DNA of 48,329 bases from a virus. Lineage: Duplodnaviria; Caudoviricetes. The notes under the pieces were generated by a model that was not told the origin of the DNA, did no database searches, and saw only the letters and a program-made list of their open reading frames with translations. The stretch lies in IMG/VR virus record IMGVR_UViG_3300017722_002806, positions 1 through 48,329 of that record. One strand, written 5' to 3'. The position numbers and the translations under genes were made by a program. Numbering within the stretch: position 1 is the stretch's first letter; each line of letters begins with the position of its first letter. This document shows positions 36,395 to 44,960 of the stretch, piece by piece.

Positions 36395-38413
36395 ATGTCA
36401 GTAGATTTTTTTGAAGACGGACCACAAACTAACCCACGTAAAATACGTAAAGGTTCCGCAACGCCAATTTTAGATAATTTCTCTAGGGACTTAACAAAAC
36501 TCGCTGAAGAAGGTAAAATTGACCCTGTTGTAGGTAGAGATAAGGAGGTAAAACGAATTGCACAAATTTTATCTCGAAAAAAGAAGAATAATGCAGTGGT
36601 AGTTGGTGACGCTGGTGTCGGTAAAACCGCATTAGTAGAAAAACTTGCATTAATGATACACAAGGGAGAATGTCCATCAAATCTATTAGATAAGAGATTG
36701 GTATCCTTGGATTTAACTTCATTAGTTGCTGGTACAAAATATCGAGGACAATTTGAGGAAAGGATAAAAGCAATTTTAAACGAATTACAGGAAGTGAGTA
36801 ATGTAATTGTCTTCATTGATGAATTACATACAATGGTTGGTGCGGGTAATGCTAGTGGTTCAATGGACGCCGCGAATATCATGAAACCCGCTTTAGCAAG
36901 AGGAGAAATGCAATGTATTGGTGCAACAACATTTGACGAATACAAAAAACATTTAGAAAAAGATTCGGCATTGGTTAGAAGATTTCAAAAAATTATATTA
37001 AAGGAACCAACCCAACAAGAAACAAATACAATTCTTAATAATTTAAAATCTTCGTATGAAACATTTCATAAAGTTCAATACGAAGAGAATGTCGTAGAAA
37101 CTATAACTAAACTATGTGCAAGATATATTACTGATAGACAATTTCCTGACAAAGCAATTGATGTGTTGGATGAATTGGGTTCAGAAAAAAGAGTTTCATC
37201 TAAAATTCCCGATATAATTGAAAAATTAAAAAAGGAGGCGGATGAGATTAAAGAAAAAAAGGTAATGGTTGTTAAATCACAAAATTACGAACAGGCGGCC
37301 AAATTAAGAGATGAGGAAAGAAAAGTACTAACTCGTTTAGAAAGTGAAAAACTAAAATGGACCGATGGATTAAAGGAGAATAAAACACCGGTTACCATTG
37401 ATGACGTTTATGAAATTGTTTCCGAAATGACAGGAGTACCAATCACAAAATTGGATGAAAAAGAAACCGAAAAACTTTTGAAGATGGAGTCTTTATTATC
37501 TGAGAAAGTAATTGGACAAGACGAAGCAATTCTTAGTATTTCTAAATCAATTAGAAGAAATCGTGTCGGAATCAAAGATGCCAATAAACCTATAGGTTCA
37601 TTTATCTTCTTAGGTTCTACGGGTGTTGGTAAAACATTTTTAGCAAAATCAATTGCCGAATTATTGTTTGGTGACCCTGAGAAAATCATTCGTGTTGACA
37701 TGAGTGAGTTTATGGAAAAGCATAATGTATCTAAATTAATTGGTTCTCCTCCAGGTTATGTTGGTTATGATGAAGGAGGTCAGTTGACTGAGAAAATTAA
37801 AAATAACCCATTCTCTGTCGTTCTATTTGATGAAATTGAAAAGGCTCATAAAGACGTGTTCAATATTTTACTTCAAATTTTAGATGAGGGACATTTGACC
37901 GATTCGTTTGGTAGAAAAGTAAATTTTACTAATACCATTATTATTATGACATCTAATATTGGTGCGAAAAAGGTATCCGATTTTGGAGGTGGGGTTGGAT
38001 TCAATACTTCTTCAAGTGAGACTCAAAAATATGAAGTAAGAAAATCTATTATTCAAAAATCATTAAAGCAACAATTTAATCCGGAATTCTTGAATCGTAT
38101 TGATGACATCATTTTATTTAATTCGTTAAATGAAGAGACTCTTAAGAAAATTGTAAGTATTGAAATTAATAAACTTAATAATAGACTTAAAGAAAAAAAT
38201 TATAAGGTTGCATTTGATAAAACCGTAATTGGTAGAATTTTTGAACTTAACTTACAAGAAGAATATGGTGCAAGACCATTGAAACGTATTATACAAAATC
38301 TTTGTGAGGATTTTTTAAGTGAGGAAATTTTAAAAGGTAATATAAAGGAGAATACGCCGGTTACAATTAAATATAAAGACGAAAAATTAACGATTTCTAA
38401 AAAAATATTGTAA
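36395..38413 (+). CDS. clpC: ClpC-like Hsp100 AAA+ ATPase lacking the N-terminal Clp-repeat domain
   Basis: Two AAA modules (GDAGVGKT/FIDELH; GSTGVGKT/LFDEIEKAH), UVR-like M domain QNYEQAAKLRDEE, VGF ClpP-docking loop, GARPLKR. Confidence 0.92.
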   Translation: MSVDFFEDGPQTNPRKIRKGSATPILDNFSRDLTKLAEEGKIDPVVGRDKEVKRIAQILSRKKKNNAVVVGDAGVGKTALVEKLALMIHKGECPSNLLDKRLVSLDLTSLVAGTKYRGQFEERIKAILNELQEVSNVIVFIDELHTMVGAGNASGSMDAANIMKPALARGEMQCIGATTFDEYKKHLEKDSALVRRFQKIILKEPTQQETNTILNNLKSSYETFHKVQYEENVVETITKLCARYITDRQFPDKAIDVLDELGSEKRVSSKIPDIIEKLKKEADEIKEKKVMVVKSQNYEQAAKLRDEERKVLTRLESEKLKWTDGLKENKTPVTIDDVYEIVSEMTGVPITKLDEKETEKLLKMESLLSEKVIGQDEAILSISKSIRRNRVGIKDANKPIGSFIFLGSTGVGKTFLAKSIAELLFGDPEKIIRVDMSEFMEKHNVSKLIGSPPGYVGYDEGGQLTEKIKNNPFSVVLFDEIEKAHKDVFNILLQILDEGHLTDSFGRKVNFTNTIIIMTSNIGAKKVSDFGGGVGFNTSSSETQKYEVRKSIIQKSLKQQFNPEFLNRIDDIILFNSLNEETLKKIVSIEINKLNNRLKEKNYKVAFDKTVIGRIFELNLQEEYGARPLKRIIQNLCEDFLSEEILKGNIKENTPVTIKYKDEKLTISKKIL

Positions 38414-38451
38414 ATAGTTGACTTTTTTTAAAAGTTATATATATTTATATT

Positions 38452-38554
38452 AATAGGTTCTCTTTGTCGATTACCTTTTCGTTTTTTTTCAAAAGTAAAT
38501 GGGGTTGAACCCATCGAAAGACCTTAAACCCCGACACCTTGTTGGGGTTTTTTT
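38452..38554 (+). ncRNA. Candidate structured small RNA (three-way junction plus terminator)
   Basis: Promoter motifs at 38418-38449, no plausible ORF, three predicted helices, terminator at 38526-38554. Confidence 0.5.
38526..38554 (+). terminator. Intrinsic terminator
   Basis: AAACCCCGACA-CCT-TGTTGGGGTTTTTTT. Confidence 0.9.
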
Positions 38555-38598
38555 ATGTAAATTTGGTTTTGACAATAAATTTTCTTATATTTAAGTAT

Positions 38599-38820
38599 AT
38601 GAGAAAATATATCGTAATTTTGGCTATCGGTGTTACAATGACATTGGCAGCATGTGGTGATAAATCTACCACAAATGAAGCAACAGATTCTACTGGTGTT
38701 AATGTTGATACTACTGCAGTTACTGTGGTTGACACAACAGCACAAACAGCAGGTGGCGGTGCCGAAGCAACTGGTACCGAAAATGGTCTTAAAAAACCAT
38801 CCGTAGAGGAGGTTAAATAA
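38599..38820 (+). CDS. Small lipoprotein
   Basis: Start moved to 38599: MRKYIVILAIGVTMTLAAC (lipobox LAAC); Thr-rich with DST/DTT motifs; TTTG-N20-TATATTT promoter at 38562-38592. Confidence 0.85.
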   Translation: MRKYIVILAIGVTMTLAACGDKSTTNEATDSTGVNVDTTAVTVVDTTAQTAGGGAEATGTENGLKKPSVEEVK

Positions 38821-38826
38821 TAAAAC

Positions 38827-38855
38827 GGGGTTAAGGTAAAAGTTGACCCCCTTTT
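38827..38855 (+). terminator. Intrinsic terminator after the lipoprotein gene
   Basis: GGGGTTAA-loop-TTGACCCC followed by CTTTT. Confidence 0.7.
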
Positions 38856-38884
38856 CTTATTTTATATTTTTTAAAAAAATAGAT

Positions 38885-39313
38885 ATGACAAAAGATAATG
38901 AACATGTCGGAGAATTAATCTTAGTAAGAGGTGTCCCTGGAAGTGGTAAAACAACAGTTGCGGGAATTATTTTACAATCCCCAACTAATCGTGACCCGGA
39001 GGTTTTATCTGCTGATGATTTTTTTTATAACGATAAAGGAGAATATAATTTTGATTCGTCTAAATTAAAAGAAGCTCACAATTACTGTCAATTCAGATGT
39101 TCTGAAAGAATGAGACAAGAAATCTCAAGAATCGTTGTTGCAAATACTTTTACCGAAGAATGGGAAATGAAGGTGTATTACGACATGGCAGAAAGATACA
39201 AATATAGGGTCCATACTTTAGTCGTTGAAAATAGACACGGCGGTGAAAATATACATGGAGTTCCTGAAGAGAAACTTGAACAAATGAAAAATAGATTCGA
39301 CATTAAACTTTAA
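38885..39313 (+). CDS. P-loop polynucleotide kinase-like protein (AAA_33/N4BP2-like)
   Basis: LILVRGVPGSGKTT, SADDFF, LKEAHNYC, VVANTF, HGVPEE; start moved to ATG 38885. Confidence 0.85.
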   Translation: MTKDNEHVGELILVRGVPGSGKTTVAGIILQSPTNRDPEVLSADDFFYNDKGEYNFDSSKLKEAHNYCQFRCSERMRQEISRIVVANTFTEEWEMKVYYDMAERYKYRVHTLVVENRHGGENIHGVPEEKLEQMKNRFDIKL

Positions 39314-39561
39314 TGAGTCAATTTATAGTCTCCTTCGTAGATTCTATTAATCCAAAACCAAAGAAAAAAATGAAATTCTATTACCATATCCTTACGCAAC
39401 AATGGGCTGTTCACATTATACCGGTCATTGATTTTTATTTCGAATCCTGCGAACCAGAAAGCCACGAAAAATTTTGGAAATCAAAAGTATGTGGATTATA
39501 TTTGTCCTTATCATGGTTAAGGACAAGTTTTGTTTTCGGCATTAATAAAAAGCTCAAATGA
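39313..39561 (+). CDS. Small hypothetical protein
   Basis: 82-aa ORF coupled to kinase and ligase. Confidence 0.65.
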   Translation: MSQFIVSFVDSINPKPKKKMKFYYHILTQQWAVHIIPVIDFYFESCEPESHEKFWKSKVCGLYLSLSWLRTSFVFGINKKLK

Positions 39562-40763
39562 TTGAGATATTAAAAAAATATCATATTGATGGTTTGTTAC
39601 ATAAACAGACTCATCCAACTCTTGACTTAACTATTTGGAATTATTCTCCGAAAGTTCAGTACGAAAGATTATGGGATGAGATTACTTTGCAATGTCGTGG
39701 ATTGGTTACGAATTCAAAAGGTGAAATAGTTGCAAGACCATTTAAAAAATTCTTCAATTACGAGGAACATAAACCAGAAGATATTCCTAATGAAAATTAT
39801 GTTGTCTATGAAAAGATGGACGGTTCATTAGGTATTCTTTTTTATTATGAAGAAGAATTAACTGATGAGAGAAGATATAACATATGGTTTAATAACAATT
39901 ATGAAACCGGTATGGAAAGATTCTTTAACCCGAACGACTTACCTGATTTTGATAATCCATACTATGAACCAACACCAAAGAAAAAAGGTGAATGGATATT
40001 ATCCACTCGTGGTTCATTTACGTCACCACAAGCGATTAAAGGGAAAGAAATACTTGATAGACACGATATTAGTGCATTAAGAAAAGACAACACATATTTG
40101 TTTGAAATCATTTATCCCGAAAATAGAATTGTAGTCGATTACAAAGGTGAGGAAAAATTAGTTGTTCTTGGTGCGATTCACACTGAAACTGGCAATGAAG
40201 TTCCTGATAGTTCCTTGTTTTTTTTACAAGAAAGTGGATTTGAATTAGTAATGACATATAAGACTTGGGGAGAGGGATATGATTTACTTAAAGAAGAAAT
40301 TAGTAAAGATAGAGAGGGATATGTAATTAAATTTAAAAATGGTTTTCGTATGAAAATCAAAGGAGATGAATATAAACGTCTTCACAAAATTTTAACAAAT
40401 TTTTCATCTAAAGACATTTGGGAATTAATGAAAGATAGAAAACCCATGGATGAATTTTTAGATAGAGTTCCCGATGAATTTTACAAGTGGGTTAAACAAC
40501 AAGTAAGTTCTTTTGAATTATCATTGGAAAGAATAGAAAATCATTGTAGTAAAATACACGAATATTTCAGATACGGAAAATATGGGGATAGGGATAACAT
40601 CCCAACAAAAAAAGATTTTGCATTACATTTAGAAAAGTGTAACGTTGAAACATATTACAAATCAATATTATTTGCAATGTGGGACGGAAAACCATATGAA
40701 CATATGATTTGGAAGATAATGAAACCTAAATACGAAAAACCATTTAAGAACGATGAGACCTGA
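39558..40763 (+). CDS. T4 Rnl1-family RNA ligase
   Basis: CRGLV, PFKKFFN, EKMDGSLG (motif I), TRGSF, FEII, EGYV, KIKGDEY. Confidence 0.93.
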   Translation: MIEILKKYHIDGLLHKQTHPTLDLTIWNYSPKVQYERLWDEITLQCRGLVTNSKGEIVARPFKKFFNYEEHKPEDIPNENYVVYEKMDGSLGILFYYEEELTDERRYNIWFNNNYETGMERFFNPNDLPDFDNPYYEPTPKKKGEWILSTRGSFTSPQAIKGKEILDRHDISALRKDNTYLFEIIYPENRIVVDYKGEEKLVVLGAIHTETGNEVPDSSLFFLQESGFELVMTYKTWGEGYDLLKEEISKDREGYVIKFKNGFRMKIKGDEYKRLHKILTNFSSKDIWELMKDRKPMDEFLDRVPDEFYKWVKQQVSSFELSLERIENHCSKIHEYFRYGKYGDRDNIPTKKDFALHLEKCNVETYYKSILFAMWDGKPYEHMIWKIMKPKYEKPFKNDET

Positions 40764-41232
40764 AAAGAAAAGATTATACCTTGACGATGTTAGAACACCA
40801 GTTGCTGAGGATTGGGTTATTGCTCGTAATTACGATGAATTTGTTGTACAGATTAAATTGAATGGGTTGGGTAATTTTGAGGTAATATCTTTAGACCATG
40901 ATTTAGGTGAGACTGCCATGGTCGAATACTATACCAATGTTAAAAACAACTATGAATTGAACTACGATAATATTTTGGAAAAAACTGGAATGGATTGTTG
41001 TAAATTTTTAGTTGCTGAAAGCATGAATAAAAATATCCCATTACCACAGATTTATGTCCACTCAGCGAATCCAATCGGTAGTGCAAATATGATGGGTTAT
41101 ATTAACAATTATTTCAAAAATTGCAAGTCACCACAATCTTGTATTAGAGTTGAAATCAAACACACCATACATGAGTCACATTTAATACCTCCTGAAGCAA
41201 GGAAGGCAAAGTGGGACAAATCAAAAAACTAA
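40753..41232 (+). CDS. Cyclic-phosphate-processing receiver (Rec)-fold domain protein
   Basis: LYLDDVR, ISLDHDLG, TGMDC, HSANPIG; adjacent to the RNA ligase. Confidence 0.8.
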   Translation: MRPEKKRLYLDDVRTPVAEDWVIARNYDEFVVQIKLNGLGNFEVISLDHDLGETAMVEYYTNVKNNYELNYDNILEKTGMDCCKFLVAESMNKNIPLPQIYVHSANPIGSANMMGYINNYFKNCKSPQSCIRVEIKHTIHESHLIPPEARKAKWDKSKN

Positions 41233-41255
41233 GTCACAAACTAAACCACCCATAA

Positions 41256-41585
41256 ATGAAACCCACAAGAAGAAATCAAAACACATTCAAAGAATTAAAA
41301 ATTGAAGGAAGGTACAATGAGTTTAATGATTTTTATGACTCAAACAAAGAATTGATTTATAAATCAGTAATTGAATTGTTCACGGAATTTAAAAACACCA
41401 GAAAAAAAACTTTGACACTTTATGTATCTGCAAGGATAAAAGGACTTGAGTGGGATACCGAATTTAACTTTACCAAAAATGAATCATTTGTTTTAAAACG
41501 AGATATTATGCCCTTTTTTGAAAATAATGAAGATTACGAAACTTGTTCTGAAATAATTTCTTTAACAAAAGACTTGACAAAATAA
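41256..41585 (+). CDS. Hypothetical protein with UVR-like C-terminal motif
   Basis: FENNEDYETCSEI. Confidence 0.7.
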   Translation: MKPTRRNQNTFKELKIEGRYNEFNDFYDSNKELIYKSVIELFTEFKNTRKKTLTLYVSARIKGLEWDTEFNFTKNESFVLKRDIMPFFENNEDYETCSEIISLTKDLTK

Positions 41586-41604
41586 AAGATATTTTGTACA
41601 TTTT

Positions 41605-41681
41605 AAATGTATCACGATAGAGGTACATTTATTGTTTTTTGTCAAAACATCCCCGTTAGTTTCTACTTTCGGGGATTTTTT
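41605..41681 (+). ncRNA. Candidate small RNA (two hairpins plus terminator)
   Basis: TTG-N20-TACATTTT promoter at 41574-41604; hairpins 41605-41630 and 41633-41649; terminator 41649-41681. Confidence 0.4.
41649..41681. terminator. Terminator between convergent blocks
   Basis: ATCCCCG-loop-CGGGGAT followed by TTTTT. Confidence 0.75.
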
Positions 41682-43317
41682 ATAACATCATTCTTGAACC
41701 AATTAGGAAGTTACTTAGAAATGGGGAATTTGGTTGAGTGTTTCCACTTAATTTATAGTTAATACTCAATCCAAATCGTTTACTTAACTTATAGTCGAAT
41801 GAGCTTCCCACTAAAAATCCCATGTGTCGATTAATTGTTGTTGTTCCATTTGTACTATTCCACCCAATCGGTGAGAACATAGTGAATATTTGTGGTGATA
41901 CCGTAAGTTTCTTTGAATACATATATGGTTTAGTCCAAAACACAATTGCCGATGACGACATGTTATAATCAAACCCACCTTTATCATTTTTAAGAAATAA
42001 ATTAATTACACCCACATTATAACCATACGTACCATTTTTAGGTGTTGGTTTAATATATGTATAACCCAATAGATTCATATAATTTCCAGCTAAATATGCA
42101 ACCGCAGTACCATATGAATGTATAGCATCCAATGTTCCGTCTTTTTTCATTGCCATTTTTGTGTATCCACCAGTTGTTACTACTTGACTTAAATCACTTG
42201 TAATCATTAATCCGCCACTGTAACTTTCATCACCCGCCATTGATGACCTACTAATACCAATATTAACAGAAACCAAAAATCTGTTATCAGGAGTTTCTGC
42301 TGTTGTTAAATCTGAAGATAAAAGTAACGGGTTTACAACTTCAGCTTTTTTCTTTTTATCTTCCTCTTTCTTTTTATCTTCCTCTTTCTTTTTATCTTCC
42401 TCTTTCTTTTCTTCTGATTTTTTATCTTCCTCTTTCTTTTCTTCTGATTTAGATTCTTCTTTTTTCTCTTCTGATTTTTTTTCTTCAGTTTTACTTTCTT
42501 CTTTTTTTTCTTCTGATTTTGTTTCTGTCTTTTTTTCCTCAGTTTTAGATTCTGTTTTAGATTCTGATTTGGATTCAGTTGATCCACCACTTTTACTCTC
42601 TCCACTTGATGAAGACGATGAACCACCTTCAGATGAACTTCCACCTGAAGACGATGATCCCCCACTTGATGAGGAACTACCACTACTTGAGGATGATGAA
42701 CTACTTGCCGGTGGAGGTGTTGACCCACTACTTGCCGGTGGAGGTGGTGGTGCACTTACTGGTGGTGGAGTTGCAACACTACTCGTGGCGGATGAAGCTG
42801 CCCCACCTGCAGCTGACGATGCCGCACCACTTGCAGCAGATGAAGCGGCCCCACTTGCTGCGGATGAAGCGGCCCCACTTGCTGCGGATGACGCGGCACT
42901 ACTTGCCGCAGATGATGCCGAATTACTTGCAGCGGCGGCAGCACTCGCAGCCGCAGCATCTGATGCAGCTTTAGCCGCGGCGGCAGCCGCAGCATCCGCA
43001 GCGGCCTTTGCGGCAGCCGCAGCAGCGGCTCTTGCCGCCGCTTCTTGTGCTAATCTAATTGCCTCAGTCTGAGTGTTACATGGTTCGTTAAATACCGAAT
43101 TAACCCATAGTTGAAACGACCCACTACTTATATCTGCCAATGTTACAATTTTAGATTTACCTCTAATAACTGCAACCGTTTGGTTTTGACCAAAAGGAAT
43201 TGTAACCACATAGACTTTATTATCACATGGGTCAATGTAAGTTTGGGTAACAGTACTTTGTCCAAAAGATTTACCACAAAAAAATAAAACTATAAAAAAT
43301 AGAATATATTTTTTCAT
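41680..43317 (-). CDS. Exported protein with Ala/Ser-rich and Glu/Lys-rich stalk and putative C-terminal beta-barrel
   Basis: Signal peptide MKKYILFFIVLFFCGKSFG|Q; SSAASGAA and EEDKKK repeats; amphipathic beta strands in the last ~210 aa. Confidence 0.8.
   Translation of the reverse strand: MKKYILFFIVLFFCGKSFGQSTVTQTYIDPCDNKVYVVTIPFGQNQTVAVIRGKSKIVTLADISSGSFQLWVNSVFNEPCNTQTEAIRLAQEAAARAAAAAAAKAAADAAAAAAAKAASDAAAASAAAAASNSASSAASSAASSAASGAASSAASGAASSAASGAASSAAGGAASSATSSVATPPPVSAPPPPPASSGSTPPPASSSSSSSSGSSSSSGGSSSSGGSSSEGGSSSSSSGESKSGGSTESKSESKTESKTEEKKTETKSEEKKEESKTEEKKSEEKKEESKSEEKKEEDKKSEEKKEEDKKKEEDKKKEEDKKKKAEVVNPLLLSSDLTTAETPDNRFLVSVNIGISRSSMAGDESYSGGLMITSDLSQVVTTGGYTKMAMKKDGTLDAIHSYGTAVAYLAGNYMNLLGYTYIKPTPKNGTYGYNVGVINLFLKNDKGGFDYNMSSSAIVFWTKPYMYSKKLTVSPQIFTMFSPIGWNSTNGTTTINRHMGFLVGSSFDYKLSKRFGLSINYKLSGNTQPNSPFLSNFLIGSRMML
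42350..43040 (-). repeat. Low-complexity coding repeats (18-bp EEDKKK; 24-bp SSAASGAA; poly-Ala)
   Basis: ttcctctttctttttatc units near 42350-42440; gatgaagcggccccacttgc units near 42790-42920. Confidence 0.85.
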
Positions 43318-43319
43318 TA

Positions 43320-44147
43320 TTAATTGTTCAAACCAATTGATATTTGAGAATATTTTCTAATCGGGTCTGTATCTAATTTCAACGTGAACCATTTGAAATC
43401 TCTTATTAGTCCTATTTTTAATGTTGTAAAATTTGAATTTGATTTTGGAAATGATATACCTCCTATTGCATCTTTACCTTGCCATCTAACAACTTCATTA
43501 CCAAATCCTATCATACCATGTATTCCTATTTTACCAATTCTTTTACCACCACCTACATATAAAGCGAATTCTTTTTTCCAATCATTTTTACTAAGTGGAA
43601 AGTCAACATTGTTAATTTGACCATATGGATAATAGCTGTTTTGGTCTATTTCATAAGTCATTACATAATCCATAATAAAATATCCTTTCTTACCTCCCAC
43701 TACTCCCCAATAAGATATTTGTTTATTGTTTGTGTGACCAAATCCAAAAGATGTATAGACTTTTTCTTTTCTAATGGTGTCTCTCTTTCCATTTTCATAA
43801 ACATGAATTATACTTCTTTGTCTCCACCCTAAATCATCATACCAAATGTATGGTAATGGTTGATACCACCCCCAATTACCCCAATAATAACCAAATTGAT
43901 TAACTCCTCCCCAATTTTGAATACGAACTCTACCACGTGGGTCTGGATTAGGTTGTAATTGTTGTTGTGGTGGGTTATTTCTCCAACTACTCACATTGTT
44001 TTGTTGTGGTGTAGGTGGTTGAACTCTTGTTTGAGTTGATTGTGATGTTTGTGTCTGTGATTGTGTAGGTGGGTTCGACCTCCAAGTCGATACTTGTCCA
44101 AATGTAAATAATGGAGCAAGTAATAGTGTGAATAATGTCAGTTTCAT
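43320..44147 (-). CDS. Exported protein, Gln/Pro-rich N-terminus and putative small beta-barrel
   Basis: Signal peptide MKLTLFTLLLAPLFTFG|Q; VS(T/S)WRxNPP x2; Trp/Tyr-rich segment; alternating beta strands ending ISIGLNN. Confidence 0.75.
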   Translation of the reverse strand: MKLTLFTLLLAPLFTFGQVSTWRSNPPTQSQTQTSQSTQTRVQPPTPQQNNVSSWRNNPPQQQLQPNPDPRGRVRIQNWGGVNQFGYYWGNWGWYQPLPYIWYDDLGWRQRSIIHVYENGKRDTIRKEKVYTSFGFGHTNNKQISYWGVVGGKKGYFIMDYVMTYEIDQNSYYPYGQINNVDFPLSKNDWKKEFALYVGGGKRIGKIGIHGMIGFGNEVVRWQGKDAIGGISFPKSNSNFTTLKIGLIRDFKWFTLKLDTDPIRKYSQISIGLNN

Positions 44148-44171
44148 ACTTTATTGTTTTATTATAAATAT

Positions 44172-44201
44172 AAAAAAGGGGGTTATTATACCCCCTTTTT
44201 T
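44172..44201. terminator. Bidirectional intrinsic terminator abutting a late motif
   Basis: AAAAAAGGGGG-TTATTATA-CCCCCTTTTTT; TATAAATAT at 44163-44171. Confidence 0.9.
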
Positions 44202-44222
44202 ATAATTCTTTGTGTTAATATT

Positions 44223-44951
44223 TTATTTTGTAAAAATTCCCTTTTTTATCATTCTATCTAATATTCTTGCACATGCAATATCCAAAGCTTTTTTAGTTGC
44301 GATTGATATTGTTGATTGATTAAATTTCATCTCGTCAATCGAAGCGTCCGATAACAGTGTTAACTCCCTCGTTGTTTTAGCCTCACCCAATCCAGATGCA
44401 CCAAACACCACACCCGTCTCGGCATTTGTAAATCTAACCTGTAAACCAATACGAGTAACCATTAAATTTTTCACACCGTTTTGTATGTTAATTGTTTCAT
44501 CTTCAGATACTGAATAGTCATAACACTCAATAGTTACAAAATATTCCGCTAAATTAATTTTACCTCTACCATCTAATTTATTTTCAGATATTCCTGCGGC
44601 GGATGCTTGAAATTGTTTTACCATACGATTCTTAATTTCTGTCTTATCTTCAGTAAATTTAAATCTGTTTAAGTTTTCAAGATATTCCATCGAGATGTTA
44701 GCAACACCCAAACCAACACGTTTCTCTTTAAGTTCAGGATACATCTCATACATCTCATCAGAAATTCCCGCCTTTAGTATTTGAATTGGAATTTGAGGAC
44801 CGTCATAATCTAAAAATCGACTAATATCTACCGCAGTCTCAAAAGATGCTTTATATTGTTCGGTTTTTGTTGATCCTATTGTTTGTCCCATTGCGTTATC
44901 GGCAATTAAACAGGTCATAATAAAAATTAAAAATATTATTAAATGTCTCAT
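44223..44951 (-). CDS. CsgG-like (curli transport/TolB-N-like fold) exported protein
   Basis: Signal peptide ending AMG|Q; LGVANISMEYLENLNRFKFTE...AEYFVTIECYDY...IGLQVRFTNAETGVV...ATKKAL follows the CsgG/HfaB pattern. Confidence 0.65.
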   Translation of the reverse strand: MRHLIIFLIFIMTCLIADNAMGQTIGSTKTEQYKASFETAVDISRFLDYDGPQIPIQILKAGISDEMYEMYPELKEKRVGLGVANISMEYLENLNRFKFTEDKTEIKNRMVKQFQASAAGISENKLDGRGKINLAEYFVTIECYDYSVSEDETINIQNGVKNLMVTRIGLQVRFTNAETGVVFGASGLGEAKTTRELTLLSDASIDEMKFNQSTISIATKKALDIACARILDRMIKKGIFTK

Positions 44952-44960
44952 AGTTTTATA

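Noticed and set aside
38452-38524. Hammerhead ribozyme or tRNA
   Set aside because: CGAAA is present but the CUGANGA core is missing, and there is no cloverleaf, T-loop or CCA end; kept only as an unknown ncRNA candidate.
41607-41762. Short plus-strand ORF starting ATGTATCAC
   Set aside because: Crosses a terminator and runs antisense into the 545-aa gene; the ATG is buried in a hairpin.
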